Assembly: GCF_044704955.1 (NCBI RefSeq)
Contig: NC_091981.1
Span: 176,576,001 to 176,640,000, forward strand
DNA length: 64,000 nucleotides
Direction: 5' to 3'
Source: Pristiophorus japonicus
Taxonomy: Eukaryota
Of the stretch, positions 1 to 12,632 are shown piece by piece; the stretch's first letter is position 1; every line of letters starts with the position of its first letter. Both the position numbers and the translations under genes were made by a program. Below the pieces are notes generated by a model, which did not search any database, was not told the DNA's origin, and saw only the letters and a list, made by a program, of their open reading frames with translations.

Positions 1-598
1 CTGCTGCAACTGTATAGGGTATTGGTGAGGCCGCACCTAGAGTACTGCGTGCAGTTTTGGTCACCTTACTTAAGGAAGGATATACTAGCTTTGGAGTGGA
101 TACAGAGACGATTCACTAGGCTGATTCCAGAGATGAGGGGGTTACCTTATGATGATAGAGTAGACTGGGTCTTTACTCGTTGGAGTTCAGAAGGATGAGG
201 GGTGATCTTATAGAAACATTTAAAATAATGAAAGGGATAGACAAGATAGAGGCAGAGAGGTTGTTTCCACTGGTCGGGGAGACTAGAACTAGGGGGCACA
301 GCCTCAAAATACGGGGAGCCAATTTCAAATCGAGTTGAGAAGGAATTTCTTCTCCCAGAGGGTTGTGAATCTGTGGAATTCTCTGCCCAAGGAAGCAGTT
401 GAGGCTAGCTCATTGAATGTATTCAAGTCACAGATAGATAGATTTTTAACCAATAAGGGAATTAAGGGTTACGGGGAGCGGGCGGGTAAGTGGAGCTGAG
501 TCCACGGCCAGATCAGCCATGATCTTGCTGAATGGCAGAGCAGGCTCGAGGGGCTAGATGGCCTACTCCTGTTCCTAATCCTTATGTTCTTATGTTCT
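1..598 (+). mobile_element. CR1 LINE 3' end (young subfamily), cut by the window edge
   Basis: ORF2 C-terminus (LYRVLVRPHLEYCVQFW...RRMRGDLIE), 3' UTR and CTTATGTT tail. Nearly identical to the inverted copy at 30282-30900. Confidence 0.93.
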
Positions 599-961
599 CC
601 CTCCTTCCTCCAAAAGCAGCCACACCGAACCCACACATGCCTTCACTCCCTCTTAGCTCCCTCTCTCTCTGTCGGTCTCCTGTTATGCGCATGTCATGAT
701 GACCCTTGATCTCCTGAATCGCGGGAATCGAGCGTAGCCATGCCATTGCTAAGGATGGCGACACTTTGTGGCAGAAGGTCAGAGAGATTTAACGCTAATG
801 CCCATTTCATATCGCTCGCGGTAACACCCAATTTCAAAAATGGAGACTAGGGGCTTTGAGAATGGGCGACAAGCCGGCGATCTGAAAACCCATTTTTACC
901 GATCACGCCAGAAATAACGCCCATTTTTGGGCGATCTGCACAAAAGTGTAAAATCTAGCCC
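599..961. mobile_element. Right arm of a PIF/Harbinger-like non-autonomous element
   Basis: CpG-rich segment ending AAAATCTAGCCC (reverse complement GGGCTAGATTTT), similar to the TIRs of other elements in the window. It is followed by ATA and then CR1 sequence. Confidence 0.55.
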
Positions 962-3383
962 ATAGGCAGGTTAAGTGAATTGGCAATAAGGTGGCAGATG
1001 GAGTATTATGTGGGGACATGTGAGGTTATTAACCTTTGGTCGGAAGAATAGAAAAACAGAATATTTTTTAAATGGTGAGAAACTATTAAATGTTGGTATG
1101 CAGAGAGATTTAGTTGTCCTCGTACAGGTAACACAGAAAGGTAGCATGCAGGTATAGCAAGCAATTAGGAAGGCAATGGCATGTTGGCAAGGGGATTGGA
1201 GTACAGGATAAAGGAAGTCTTACTACAATTGTACTAGGCTTTGGTGAGACCACACCTGGAGTACTGTGCACAGCTTTAGTCACCTTATCTGAGGAAGGAC
1301 ACACATGTCTTACAGGCAGTGCAATGAAGGTTCACTAGATTGATCCCTGGGATGAGAGGGTTGCCCTATGAGAGATTGAGTAGATTGGGCCTTGTAATGT
1401 ATGCACCTAAGATTCTGAGGGGGATTGACAGGGTAGATGCTGTGAGGTTGTTTACCCTGGCTGGAGAGTCTAGAATTAGGGGGCATAGTCTCATGATAAG
1501 GAGTCGGCCATTTAAGACTGAGATGAGGAGGAATTTTTTTCGCTCAGAGGGTTGTGAATCTTTGGAATTCTCTACCCCAAAAGGCTGTGGATGCTGAGTC
1601 ATTGAGTACATTCATAGAATCATAGAAATTTACACCATGGAAGGAGGCTATTTTGGCCCATCGTGTCCATGCTGGCCAACAAAGAGCTATCCAGCCTAAT
1701 CCCACTTTCCAGCTCTTGGTCCATAGCCTTGTAGGTTACGGCACTTCAAGTGAACATCCAAGTGCTTTTTGAATGTGGTGAGCGTATCTGCCTCTACCAC
1801 TCTTTCAGGCAGTGAATTCCAGACCCCCACCAGCCTCTGGATGAAAAATTTCCCCCTCAAATCCCTCTTAAACTCCTACCAATTACTTTAAATCTATGCC
1901 CCCTGGTTGTTGACCCTCCTGCTAAAAGAAATAGGTCCTTCCTATCCACTCTATCTAAGCCCCTCATAATTTTATACACCTCAATAAGGTGTCCCCTTAG
2001 CCTCCTCTGTTCCAAAGAAAACAAACCCAGCCTATCCAATCTGTCCTCATAGCTAATATTCTCCAGTCCAGGCAATATCCTCGTAAATCTCATCTGTACC
2101 CTCTCTAGTGCAATCACATCTTTCCTGTAATGTGTTCACCAGAACTGCACGCTGTACTCTAGCTGTGGTCTAACTAGTATTTTATACAGTTCAAACATAA
2201 CCTCCCTGGTCTTGTATTCTATGCCTTAGCTAATAAAGGCAAGTATTCCATATGCCTTCTTAACCACCTTATCTACCTGGCCTGCTACCTTCAGGAATCT
2301 GTGGACATGCACTCCAAGGTCCCTTTGTTCCTCTACATTTCCCAGTGTCCTACCATTTAATGTGTATTCCTTTACCAAATGCATTACCTCACACTTCTCC
2401 AGATTGAATTCCATTTGCCACTGTTCTGCCCACCTGACCAGTTCATTGCTATCTTCCTGCAGTCTATAGCTTTCTTCTTCATTATCAACTACACAGCCAG
2501 TTTTGTACTATCTGAAAACTTCTTAATCATACCCCATATATTAAAGTCTAAATAATTGACATATACCACAAAAAGCAAGGGAACTAGTACTGGAAGCAGC
2601 CTTCCAGTCACAAAAACACCCATCAACCATTACCCTTTGTTTCCTGCCTCTGGGCCAATTTTGGATCCAACTTGCCACTTTGTTTTGGATCCCATGGGCT
2701 TTTACTTTTGTGACCAGTCGACCATGTGGGACCTTAGCCTTGCTAAAATCCATATACACTACATTAAATGCACTACCCTCATTGACCCTCCTTGTTACCT
2801 CCTCAAAAAATTCAATCAAGTGAGTCAGACACGACCTTCCCTTAACAAATCCATGCTGATTATCCTTGATTAATCCGTGTCTTTCTAAATGAAGATTTAT
2901 CCTGCCCTTCAGAATTTTTCCCAATAATTTTCCCACCACTGAGGTTAGGCTGACTGGCCTGTAATTACTCAGTCTATCCCTTTCTCCCTTTGCAAACAAA
3001 AGTACAACATTAGCAGTCCTCCAGTCCTCTGGCACCATACCTGTAGCCAGAGAGGATTGGAAAATGATGGTCAGAGCCTCTGCTATTTCCTCTTTTGCTT
3101 CTCTTAATAGCCTTGGATACATATCATCCAGGCCTGAGGATTTATCCATTTTCAAAGCAGCTAAACCCTTTAATACTTCCTCTCTCACTATGTCATCTAA
3201 TATTTCACACTCCTCCTCAATGCTGAGATAGATAGATTTTTGGACTCTAGGGGAATCAAGGGATTTGGGGATTGGGCAGGAAAGTGAAGTGGAGGTCAAA
3301 GATCAGCCATGATCTTATTTAATGGAGGAGCAGGCTTGAAGGGCTATAAGGCATGCTCCTGCTCCTAATGCTTATGTTCTTAT
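962..3383 (+). mobile_element. Degenerate CR1 LINE 3' portion, split by a nested CR1 at ~1613-3221
   Basis: RT C-terminal motifs at 962-1612. The sequence resumes at ~3222 (gctgagatagatagatttttg) and ends in a cttatgttcttat tail. Confidence 0.85.
1613..3221 (-). mobile_element. Nested CR1 LINE fragment (TTCTATGA-tail family)
   Basis: ORFs 2541-3299, 2226-2414 and 1857-2117 encode CR1 RT (NYRPVSLTSVVGK, QHGFVKGRSCLT). Tail catagaatcatagaa at the left end. Confidence 0.92.
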
Positions 3384-4249
3384 AAAAATTGCAGATGATG
3401 ATTTTTTCAAAATGTATTTGAATATGTCAATTGGTTTGTCAACAAACCATGATGATCATTGTGAAATATGTTTACCCTCTTCTAAAAACAGAATCTCATT
3501 ATAAATATTTAAATAAGAAGTTTTCATTATAAAAGTTGATATACAAAATGTTACAGAAAGTCATGTTTGTGTTCCATCAGCTTTCTATCCAGGTAAAAAA
3601 CATCCTACATTAAGTAACTAGCTTACTTTTCTCTTTAAAAAAATTGTTTTGCATCTGTAACAGTGATGTCTGCAGTGTGACACCTCTGATCTGATGGACC
3701 ATTTTTAATATTAGAGATTTTATAGTAATTTTATGGAGTGTTTAAATTCAGTTTTAGATCCTTTTTTCATGCCAACAGCAGGTGTTTGAGAAATATTTTA
3801 CCTTAACTGGTTTATAATAAAGTTAGGATTAATAGTTGTGATGTCATTGCACTAAGGTTATTAGGATAATCAACTGTAAATGATATAGCCAGTACACAGC
3901 CCAAAAGCTTCTGAATGTTAAATATAGATTTCCAGTATGGATAAAGTCCTCACTGCCAATTGAGAGATTAGATTTCACTTTTGTGGAAAACCTGTGCATC
4001 TCCAGCATGAACTACTCTTCCGCACTCAAGTAACGTAAGTATTTGATTACTCTCCATAAAGCATTTCAAGCTCTGTTTACTTATTTGCTGCAAGATCAGT
4101 TTCTGAACTACACTGCAGAGAGTGTTTGGATTTTGAAACATTATCCATTTCAATTGTTTGCTCACAATCTAACATGCCTGGTGCTGAAATTCTGTGTTGC
4201 TGAGATCAAATTAACTATAGTTTGGTATCTGAAATCTTAAATACAAGGA

Positions 4250-4650
4250 GATGTCAGTTACGTGGAGAGACGGGAGAAGCTGAGAATGTTCTCTTTAGGC
4301 AGAGAAGGTTTAGGAGATTTAATAGAGGTGTTTAAAATTACGAAGAATAAATAAGGAGAAACTCTTTCTACTGGCAGGAGGGTCGGTAACCATAGGACAC
4401 AGATTTAAGGTGATTGGGAAATGAATCAAAGGGGAGATGAGAATTTTTTAAATGCAGCGAGTTGTTATGATCTGGGATGCATAGCCTGAAAGGATGGTGA
4501 AACCAGATTCAATAGTAATTTTCAAAAGGGAATTGGATACATACTTGAAGAGAAAACATTTTCAGGGTTATGGGGAAAAAGCAGTGGAGTGAGACGATGG
4601 GGCAAATGGCCTCCTTCTGTGCTGTATGATTCTATGATCTATGATTCTAA
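4250..4650 (+). mobile_element. CR1 LINE 3' fragment
   Basis: Decayed RRLxGDLIEVFKI-type sequence and a tgattctatgatctatgattcta tail. Confidence 0.8.
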
Positions 4651-4875
4651 GTTTACCCACACTGTTATTCAGAACCTGAGTTACTAATATCAATTAATGA
4701 CAAAGTAAGTCCGGGATAAACACATAGGTGCTCAGATTTGTGGCACTCCCAGTGTGTATAAAACAGATGATCAACACAGCCATGCTGTGGAGAAACTAAA
4801 CTTTTAATATTGCAATTTTTTTATATACAGTGGGCAATGATATTTTGTCTTCTTTCTATTTACCCACTGTTAAGT

Positions 4876-5247
4876 ACATAAGAACATAAGAAATAGGAAC
4901 AGGAGTAGGCCATACGGCCCCTCGAGCTTGCTCTGCCGTTCAATAAGATCATGATCATGGACTCAGCTCCACTTCCCCGCCCGCTACCCATAACCCCTTA
5001 TCCCTTTATCGTTTAAGAAACTGTCTGTTTGTCTTAAATTTCTTCAATGTCCCAGCTTCCACAGCTCCCTGAGGCAGCGAATTCCACAGATTTACAACCC
5101 TCTGAGAGAAGACATTTTTCCTCATCACTTTTAAATGGGTGGCCCCTTATCCTAAGATCATGCCCTCTAGTTCTAGTCTCCCCTATCACTGGAAACATCC
5201 TCTTTGCATCCACCTTGTCAAGCTCCCTCATAATCTTATACGTTTCT
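4876..5247 (-). mobile_element. CR1 LINE 3' fragment
   Basis: acataagaacataagaa tail and ORF 5034-5231 (LDKVDAKRMFP...TRTRGH). Confidence 0.9.
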
Positions 5248-8200
5248 TATAAGTATCTTATAAGTATGACCAGGTTTCCCAGTAGGAATGTTTCCAGGCA
5301 GGACGTGTTGTTCTAAGCACTTGATTGCAGAATTTCGAAACAAAGTACACTGACTAACCTATCAACCTGGGAAAATTTTTTACAGGAAGCCTGTCCTGTG
5401 AATTCAGCCAGCAAAGAGAAAAACGCCAAGATGCCACCTCCCATATCGTGAATAAATATGTTACAAGTTGTATTTTGCCACATTCAGTCACACAGACATA
5501 AAACACTTCCCATTTAAAACAAATAGTTGGATAACATCTGTCTTCTTGCAGCCCTCACACACATTAATAATTAATCATAAATTGGGACTTATGAATCAAC
5601 TAACCTGATTTGTTGCCCCAGTGCATCAAGGGAATACGTTTTATCCCTAGCGACAGTAACAGCTGAATGGCAAAGGGAAGCAGATTTCCAGGATGCCCTG
5701 GGGCTTTTGGAACTGTTCAGTAGAAATGAGAAAATCTAATTGCTGTATAAATGGCATCTGCTATCAAATACAATATGCAGCTTCCCTTTGGTCTTTCGTT
5801 AGTAGCCTTATTAATACCTGAAGGGTATGACAGTTTGGTACAGGGCAGATCACATTAGCTTGCCCTTTATATTATCTAGTACTGTGCAAACCAATCGTTA
5901 TTGAACGTTTCACTAACTATTTAAATCGAATATTCAAAGCCCGACTGAATCAGTATACTATCAAAACACTACCAAACGTGTAACAAGGAAGTGATACAAA
6001 CAAGCCCCAGTTTATATATTGAGCCAATAAAGATTAAACTAATAGTTTTCAGTGCTTTTTGGCCACTGAATAACAAAATATATATAATAAATGTTGCCAT
6101 GCCCACTTAATTGAATTATTTTTACTTTGGCAACTGACAATGTTCATTTAATCAGAAAAGCCTCAATACTATCTGTATCATAACTCTAGCTGTCACTCTG
6201 TCACCAAGTCAGCTAAAGCAGTGCTACAACAGTGTGTAATAAAACATGCATGCTGTTGTAACTATATCAAAAAGTATTGAACTATTACAAGCTTCTCTGC
6301 AAAACATACCACACATCCTAAGCAATTAATCATATATCAAGCATTAAACAGCATATAAAACATTTCAAACATAACCTGTTCAAGACAACTCATCTCAGCT
6401 ACACATCATCAGTGAAACTGCAAAGATGTTAATACCGGTTCTGTTAAGGCTGCTGTACTCAGTTGCTACATAAACTTTAAAAAGTCTGATGCATAAATGC
6501 TCTTCTGTTTTGTTTTGTGTTTCTTCACAAAGATCAGCGTAAGAATCGAAGACCAATGTGACCTGTCTTTGCTCACTTCATCAGAAATTGTCTTTGGCAT
6601 TACCAGTGACAGCCTTGAACTTTTCAGACAGACTCCATGCTGTCATCCACAACTATGGTTGAAAGGAGCTGCACGATTCTTCTCAAGACAAGCTAGTAAT
6701 TCCCTAAGCTCCAATTTATTTTAGTATAAGAGTTGGCTATGCTATATGTGAGCACATTCTCTTCCACCGCTTCCTATTTTGGACAATTCTACCTGTACCA
6801 CTTTTAAACTCTTGACGCTGAAAATTAAAATTTCCTTTATATAGAAACAGTTCATTCAAATGCCTCAGTTAGAAAAGACTGACATATCAGAAATTGTATG
6901 TTGGCACTGAGTACTGGGCATTCACAATACAAGATCCTTCCTTGGGCAGCATAAACCACCTGCACATTGAGTGACTAAAAGCCTTTGCAAATAATGTAGA
7001 TAACTAAATGGCCTGTGGGCATCCATACAAGTGTTCTTGATCACATCCAAGACTTTGTGGAAATCAGCAATGGCTCTCCAAATATTTACCTTCACATCTG
7101 CGGAAATGGATGAGCCTGCAAACCTTCCAAAACAGTGCATCAATCATCTCTTTAATTCAAATGGATGTAGTATATCCTTTAATGCCCAAAACCCTAGGTG
7201 ACTGGAATGACCCTGTACTGAAAAATGTAACACTCTTGTAAGTTTCATGACTGCAGGCAGTATAGAGTCACAAAGGACACCTTTATTTATGAATATTTCA
7301 CAAATGTTAGCAAGTGGCTTCTTGGAGAGGCTTGATCTGGTCTGTTGAACCTCTGTTATAATTTTTTTGGCCAGTATTCCCACATTCTCTAATACTATCT
7401 TCTTGATAGTCCATCACTTGTTGCAAAATCAGCCTCAAGATTCGGACTTTCTTCATCCTCACCACATATGCATTACCCTGGGACAAGGAGGTAAGAGTTT
7501 TGTGAGTAGGGGAGGGGATGAGGCAATAAGAAGGATGATTCCTGTGATTAATCATATAATTAAGGAACAGAGGGGAAGGAGAGATGAAACTCAACATGTG
7601 GAAAGTTCATTAATTTAAGAAATTAACATTATTAGAGATAAATAGCTTATCTTTTCATTTGTTATCCTCTAAGATTATGTCAAGTTGTATTGTAGAGGGA
7701 GGATGGATCTGAAGATCTAGAACTTAGATCAGCATTCCATACCATTATGCTAAAAATAAATAGCTTTCTTAAAGCCATAAAGGTTTATAGTCAAGGCTAA
7801 ACCCTGGGAACTTGGTTCTATTTGTCTTATACTTCTTACTTGCTGGGTTATTCTGTTCAATTTCTGTGGGTCTGAAGGTCTGTTATTAATACTGTTTTCT
7901 CTCTGATGGATTAATCCTAAATTAGAGCCCCTAAAGCTGGAGCTTTGACATTGCTTTGGTGAGAAACTTAAAATGTGATCAAATATAAACTATCATTGTG
8001 ATGGAAGGTCTTCTTGTGGTATCAGTAAATAAACTCTCTAGGAAGACTTGGGTGGGAGTGCAAAGTCATTTAACTTGTCCTTCTGTTTTATTTTTCAAAA
8101 ATGGGGACTTTATCTCAGCCACAAATTACTGAAAGACTTATTTCAAACATTTGAAACCTTGCTTAGTGAACCTAACGTTTTCCCCACCCAAGATATCCTC

Positions 8201-8452
8201 CCCATATTCACATTACTGTCTGTTCACAAATGCTCTTGGTCAGGAGGCAGGGTTGAAGGGGCGCAGCAATTAGGAAACAATAGTCATGTTCTTTCTCTTC
8301 TCCGGATGATGGAACTAAATGTTTGAACATGGTCCCAAAGAAAAGCTTGTATGTGTTCAAGAAAATAATTTAACAGTATCAACAGTAACTGCCCATTGTT
8401 CTAAGAATTATAAAAGGAGAGCATAGTAGCATCAAAGTTACTCTTGACATTG

Positions 8453-8620
8453 TTAGAGATTGTAATGATATTTCATAAATGAATAAACATTATTCCAGTT
8501 GGCAGCCTTACAAATAGCCTGCAAGGAAACAGAACATATGCTTTGTCCATGAAGCAGCGACTGCACATGTGAAATATTCATTTTTGACTGAACCAGGAGG
8601 AGGTCTTTCTGGCACTGGTA
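8453..8620 (-). pseudogene. Decayed DIRS-type tyrosine recombinase C-terminus
   Basis: With one frameshift the minus strand reads PPPGSVKNEYFTCAVAASWTKH/SVSLQAICKAANWNNVYSFMKYHYNL*. This follows the DIRS YR pattern HSTRAVAASWA...VSLxxICKAATWS..TFxKHY. Confidence 0.7.
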
Positions 8621-8719
8621 CTAGGATTCCAATATAGTAGCAAGAAATGTGCTCGGACAGACAAGAACTACAGTTTTAAAATAATGGATACATTATGCTC
8701 CCCTTTAGGATTCCTGCAC

Positions 8720-9297
8720 CCATCATCATCATCATCATAGGCAGTCCCTCGAAACGAGGATGACTTGCTTCCACGCCAAAAAGGAATGAGTTCACAGGTG
8801 TTTCAATGACGGACCTAATATTCCAGATCCTGAACTACATCTTGGAAGGTGGAAGATGCCTGTGCATGGATTTTTTTAACGTGTGGTGGCCGTTGCACAC
8901 CAGCCACCACACAGGCTTGACAGAGCCAGGTCTTGGTCCAGTGGCAAGGGTTAACCAAGACTACTGGAGACCAGCTCTGCTGCACGGACCTAGTGTGCAC
9001 ACATATCACAGTGTAGGCTGGCCCGTGCTGCCCCTAGACCCTCGTTTCTTCTGGGCCCCAGACTCACACCTCTCCTGGGCCCCGGTCACTTCCTTCTACA
9101 AACTCTTGCCGTTCCTTCGCACCTCCTGCTGTGCCTGCCCGCACTTCAATCAGCGACCTGACTTCGCAACCATCGCCCTCCTGCAGTGGTATGCTGCCGC
9201 ACGCTGCTCCCTCTGATGGCCCTGGCCTGCTGATGGTTTTGCAGACTGGGATTGCACCAATTTCCGGGCTGGGCCGCCGCACGCTGCTCCCTGCACC
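8720..9297 (-). mobile_element. Non-autonomous bipartite RTE derivative (5' UTR plus ORF start fused to the 3' tail)
   Basis: The minus strand ends in GTGGAAGCAAGTCATCCTCG...GGGACTGCCT(ATG)n, the same terminus as the RTE at ~25030-25080. Directly upstream it reads M*FRIWNIRS, resembling the RTE endonuclease start (FGTWNVRTL). Confidence 0.7.
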
Positions 9298-9409
9298 GCC
9301 CATTACATGACTGACAAAGAGGTAAATGTTATGATTTGACCTTTTAAGATAGAGTTTTCTCCATTCAGTTGCATCGTGCTTCCCATGAACACGATTCATC
9401 GCCCTTTTA

Positions 9410-9711
9410 CATAGGAACAAGAGTAGGCCATTCAGCCCCTCGAGCCTGTTCTGCCATTCTATTAGATCATGGCTGATCTGCACCTCAACTCCATTTACCT
9501 GCTTTTGTTCCACATCCCTTGATGCCCTGAGCCAACAGCTGATCTCAGTCTTGAACATTTCATTTGATCCAGTATCCACAGCCTTTTGGGAGGAGAGAGT
9601 TACAGTTTTCCACTACTCTTTGTGTGGGATAAAATGCTTCTTCATTTCATTCCTAAATGAAATAGCTCTAATTTTAAGATTATGCCTGCTTGTTCTGGAT
9701 TCCCCCACCAA
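9410..9711 (-). mobile_element. CR1 LINE 3' fragment
   Basis: Typical CR1 3' UTR (ggagtaggccattcagcccctcgagcctg), cut by the Harbinger end at 9715. Confidence 0.82.
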
Positions 9712-9714
9712 ATA

Positions 9715-10700
9715 GGGGGCAAAAAATTTGGGGGTTTAGCACCGGCCATTGCCACCAGATTCGTGGAAAAAATGGCAGCCACCGCACTTCCACCAGGTCC
9801 GTGGCTGCCGCGATTTTCGGCTGGGCGGCAGTGCTGCCGATGTTCGCAATCGCAAAAATTATGGAGATTATGCAGATCGTGACATCAGTGAGTGTGTGAT
9901 GCTCACTTGACGCCCGATCTGCCATTTTTAATTTTGCCGCTACACTTACCGGCATGCCTTAACTGCAACCAGTTGACAAGCAGGAAAGAGGCTCTAGCAG
10001 TGATATTTAAAGGGATCATTAGCAACTACTTGCCGCTGACATGTTGCTTCAGTTTGAATGGCTCTGTGGAACTTTCCGCAACTCCAGCTGCTCCTTCTAA
10101 GGTAACAGGGAGTGCTGGGGCAAGTGGAGAACACCTTCATTCTTCTTTAAAGGCTTCTGCTCACAACACTTGCCCACTGTCATGGGGGCTCAACTGTCAG
10201 TCCCCCTCGCGCTCGCGTACTTAGGGACAGGGAGCAGAGGCTGAGAAGATGCAGGGAGAAGGGCCATGAAGGTTCTCAACAGGAGGCCTTACCCACCTAG
10301 GGTCTTCAGAGAGCACTTCTCTTATATCCACTCAACCGAGGAGGCTCTGCTCCAGCAAGGAGGTGGTCACAGAAATATCATCTCCTTCAACCAGACCTGC
10401 AGTCTATGATAAGGGTGACCACAGCTCTCCCAGTAGCCCTCAAGGTCACCGTGGCCCTCATTTCTTCGCCAGCGGATCCTTCCAGTCTGCAGTAGGAGAC
10501 AAAGCTAATACCTTCCACAATTCGCTGTCCATTGCTGCATTCGGGAGGTCACTGAGGCTCTCTGCACCATGAGAAAAGAGTACGTTTTCTTCTCTCTGCA
10601 GGGCTTTGTGGGCACTGCAAAACAATCCTGAGATGTTCCGTAACCGTAAAGGCTACCTCTCACCTAATGTGCAGATGGTGTGTGACCACGTCCAGTGCTT
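9715..10700 (+). mobile_element. PIF/Harbinger transposon remnant (left end plus transposase fragments)
   Basis: GGGGGCAAAAAATTT terminus after ATA. Frameshifted HARBI1-like DDE peptides RRPYPPRVFR, TALPVALKVTVAL/FFASGSFQSAVGD, FAVHCCIREVTEAL and MFRNRKGYLSPNVQMVCDH at ~10280-10690. Confidence 0.85.
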
Positions 10701-10735
10701 CTTGTAAACTGTCTGTGCATCTCACCTCTTCTACC

Positions 10736-11443
10736 GTGCATGAAACCCAAAAGGATAATATGCAGGTACAACAAGTGATCAGGAAGGCCAATGGGATCTT
10801 GGCCTTTATTGCAAAGGGGATGGAGTATAAAAGCAGAGAAGTCTTGCTACAGTTATACAGGGTATTGGTGAGGCCACACCTGGAAAACTGCGTACAGTTT
10901 GGTTTCCATATTTAAGAAAGGATATACTTGCTTTGGAGGCAGTTCAGAGAAGATTCACTAGGTTGATTCCAGGGATGAGGGGGTTGACTTATGAGGAAAG
11001 GTTGAGGAGGTTGGGCTTCTACTCATTGGAATTCAGAAGAATGAGAGGTGATCTTATCGAAACGTATAAGATTATGAGGGGGCTTGACAAGGTGGATGCA
11101 GAGAAGTTGTTTCCACTGATAGGGGAGACTAGAACTAGGGGGCATAATCTTAGAATAAGGGGCCGCCCATTTAAAACTGAGGTGAGGAGGAATTTCTTCT
11201 CTCAGAAGATTGTTAATCTGTGGAATTCGCTGCCTCAGAGAGCTGTGGAAGCCAGGACATTGAATAAATTTAACACAGAGATAGACAGTTTCTTAATCAA
11301 TAAGGGAATAAGGGGTTATGGGGAGTGGGCAGGGAAGTGGACCTGAGTCCATGATCAGATCAGCCATGATCATATTAAATGGCGGAGCAGGATCGAGGGG
11401 CCTTTTAGGCCTACCCCTGCTCTTATTTCTTATGTTCTTATGT
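10736..11443 (+). mobile_element. CR1 LINE 3' ~700 bp
   Basis: ORFs 10667-10915 (3' part) and 10933-11346 encode the ORF2 C-terminus, followed by a cttatgttcttatgtt tail. Confidence 0.93.
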
Positions 11444-11896
11444 TTATCCTAATAAACACCTCGAAATAAGAAATGCCCCCAAGAGTGTAAAAAAAGTGCA
11501 GGTGCTAAATTTGGAAACAGAAAAGAAAGCAGCCTAAAGGGGTTCCATGTGTTAGCACCCAACTTTCTTTTAAGTTGTGCCCAGGATATGAGTGCTAAGC
11601 CCAGAAAAAAAATTACTCTGTAAAGTCCAAGAATTAATTTTAAGAAACAGGCTACAATTAGCATATGAATAGTGTACTGTAGCTCTTACAATGTGCAGCA
11701 CAGCAAGGGAAAGCACAGTTCAATGCTCAAGATTTTCCAATTGTACTGTGCTGCAGTGGCCTCACAGGGAGGGACAGGAATGAAATGGGAAAGTAAGTCT
11801 GAGCCATTCTCGGGTAATTATGAGTGCTTGGTGTAGAATGGAATACGCAAAGGGCTGGGAACGGTTTATTTCCCCACCCACTTGACAGAGGTGGTA

Positions 11897-12064
11897 CATA
11901 GAAACATAGAAAATAGGTGCAGAGTAGGCCATTCGGCCCTTCTAGCCTGCAACGCCATTCAATGAGTTCATGGCTGAACATGCAACTTCAGTACCCCATT
12001 CCTGCTTTCTCGCCATACCCCTTGATCCCCCTAGTAGTAAGGACTTCATCTAATTCTAACTAAC
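11897..12064 (-). mobile_element. Short CR1 3' tail insertion
   Basis: catagaaacatagaaa tail, flanked by GTGGTA direct repeats at 11891-11896 and 12065-12070. Confidence 0.8.
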
Positions 12065-12204
12065 GTGGTATGGAAAAACCAACAATTGTAAAGAGGAGAG
12101 AATATTAACGAATTAAAAGCATTATTTGATTTCATATATTTGTCTATCTTTACTAAAGAATACTAATTTCTGAAAATTACAGAAATCTATTTCGGAAATA
12201 TGTT

Positions 12205-12632
12205 CATAGTATCGTATAGTGCAGAAGGAGGCCATTTGGCCCATCATGTCTTTGCTGGCTCTTTGAAAGAGCTATCCAATTAGTCCCACTGTCCTGCTCT
12301 TTCCCCATAGCTACGCAAATTTTCTGTTTCAAGTACTTATCCAATTCCCTTTTGAAAGTTACTATTGAATCTGCTTCCACCACCCTTTCAGGCAGCGCAT
12401 TCAAGATCATAAAACTGTGTTAAAAAAAATCTCTTTTGATATTAAAATATCTTAAATCTATGTTTTTTGGTTACTGACCCTCCTGCCAGTGGAAACAGTT
12501 TCTCCTTGTCTACTCTAACAAAACGCCTCATAATTTTGAACACCTCTATTAAATCTCCCCTTAACCTCTCTGCTCTAAACAGAACAATCCCAGCTTCTCT
12601 AGTCTCTTCACACAAATGAAATCCCTCATCCT
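12205..12632 (-). mobile_element. CR1 LINE 3' fragment
   Basis: ORFs 12442-12666 and 12204-12410 (RLRGDLIEVFKIM; NALPERVVEA). Confidence 0.88.

Noticed and set aside
4076-4190. Alternative INVS last exon (…QTIEMDNVSKSKHSLQ…*)
   Set aside because: Weak acceptor and only chance-level similarity to the mammalian C-terminus.
10280-10690. Host HARBI1 gene (also 62373-62830) or NAIF1/MSANTD gene (56090, 34200)
   Set aside because: Multiple stops, frameshifts and deletions, with TIRs beside some copies, show these are transposon relics.
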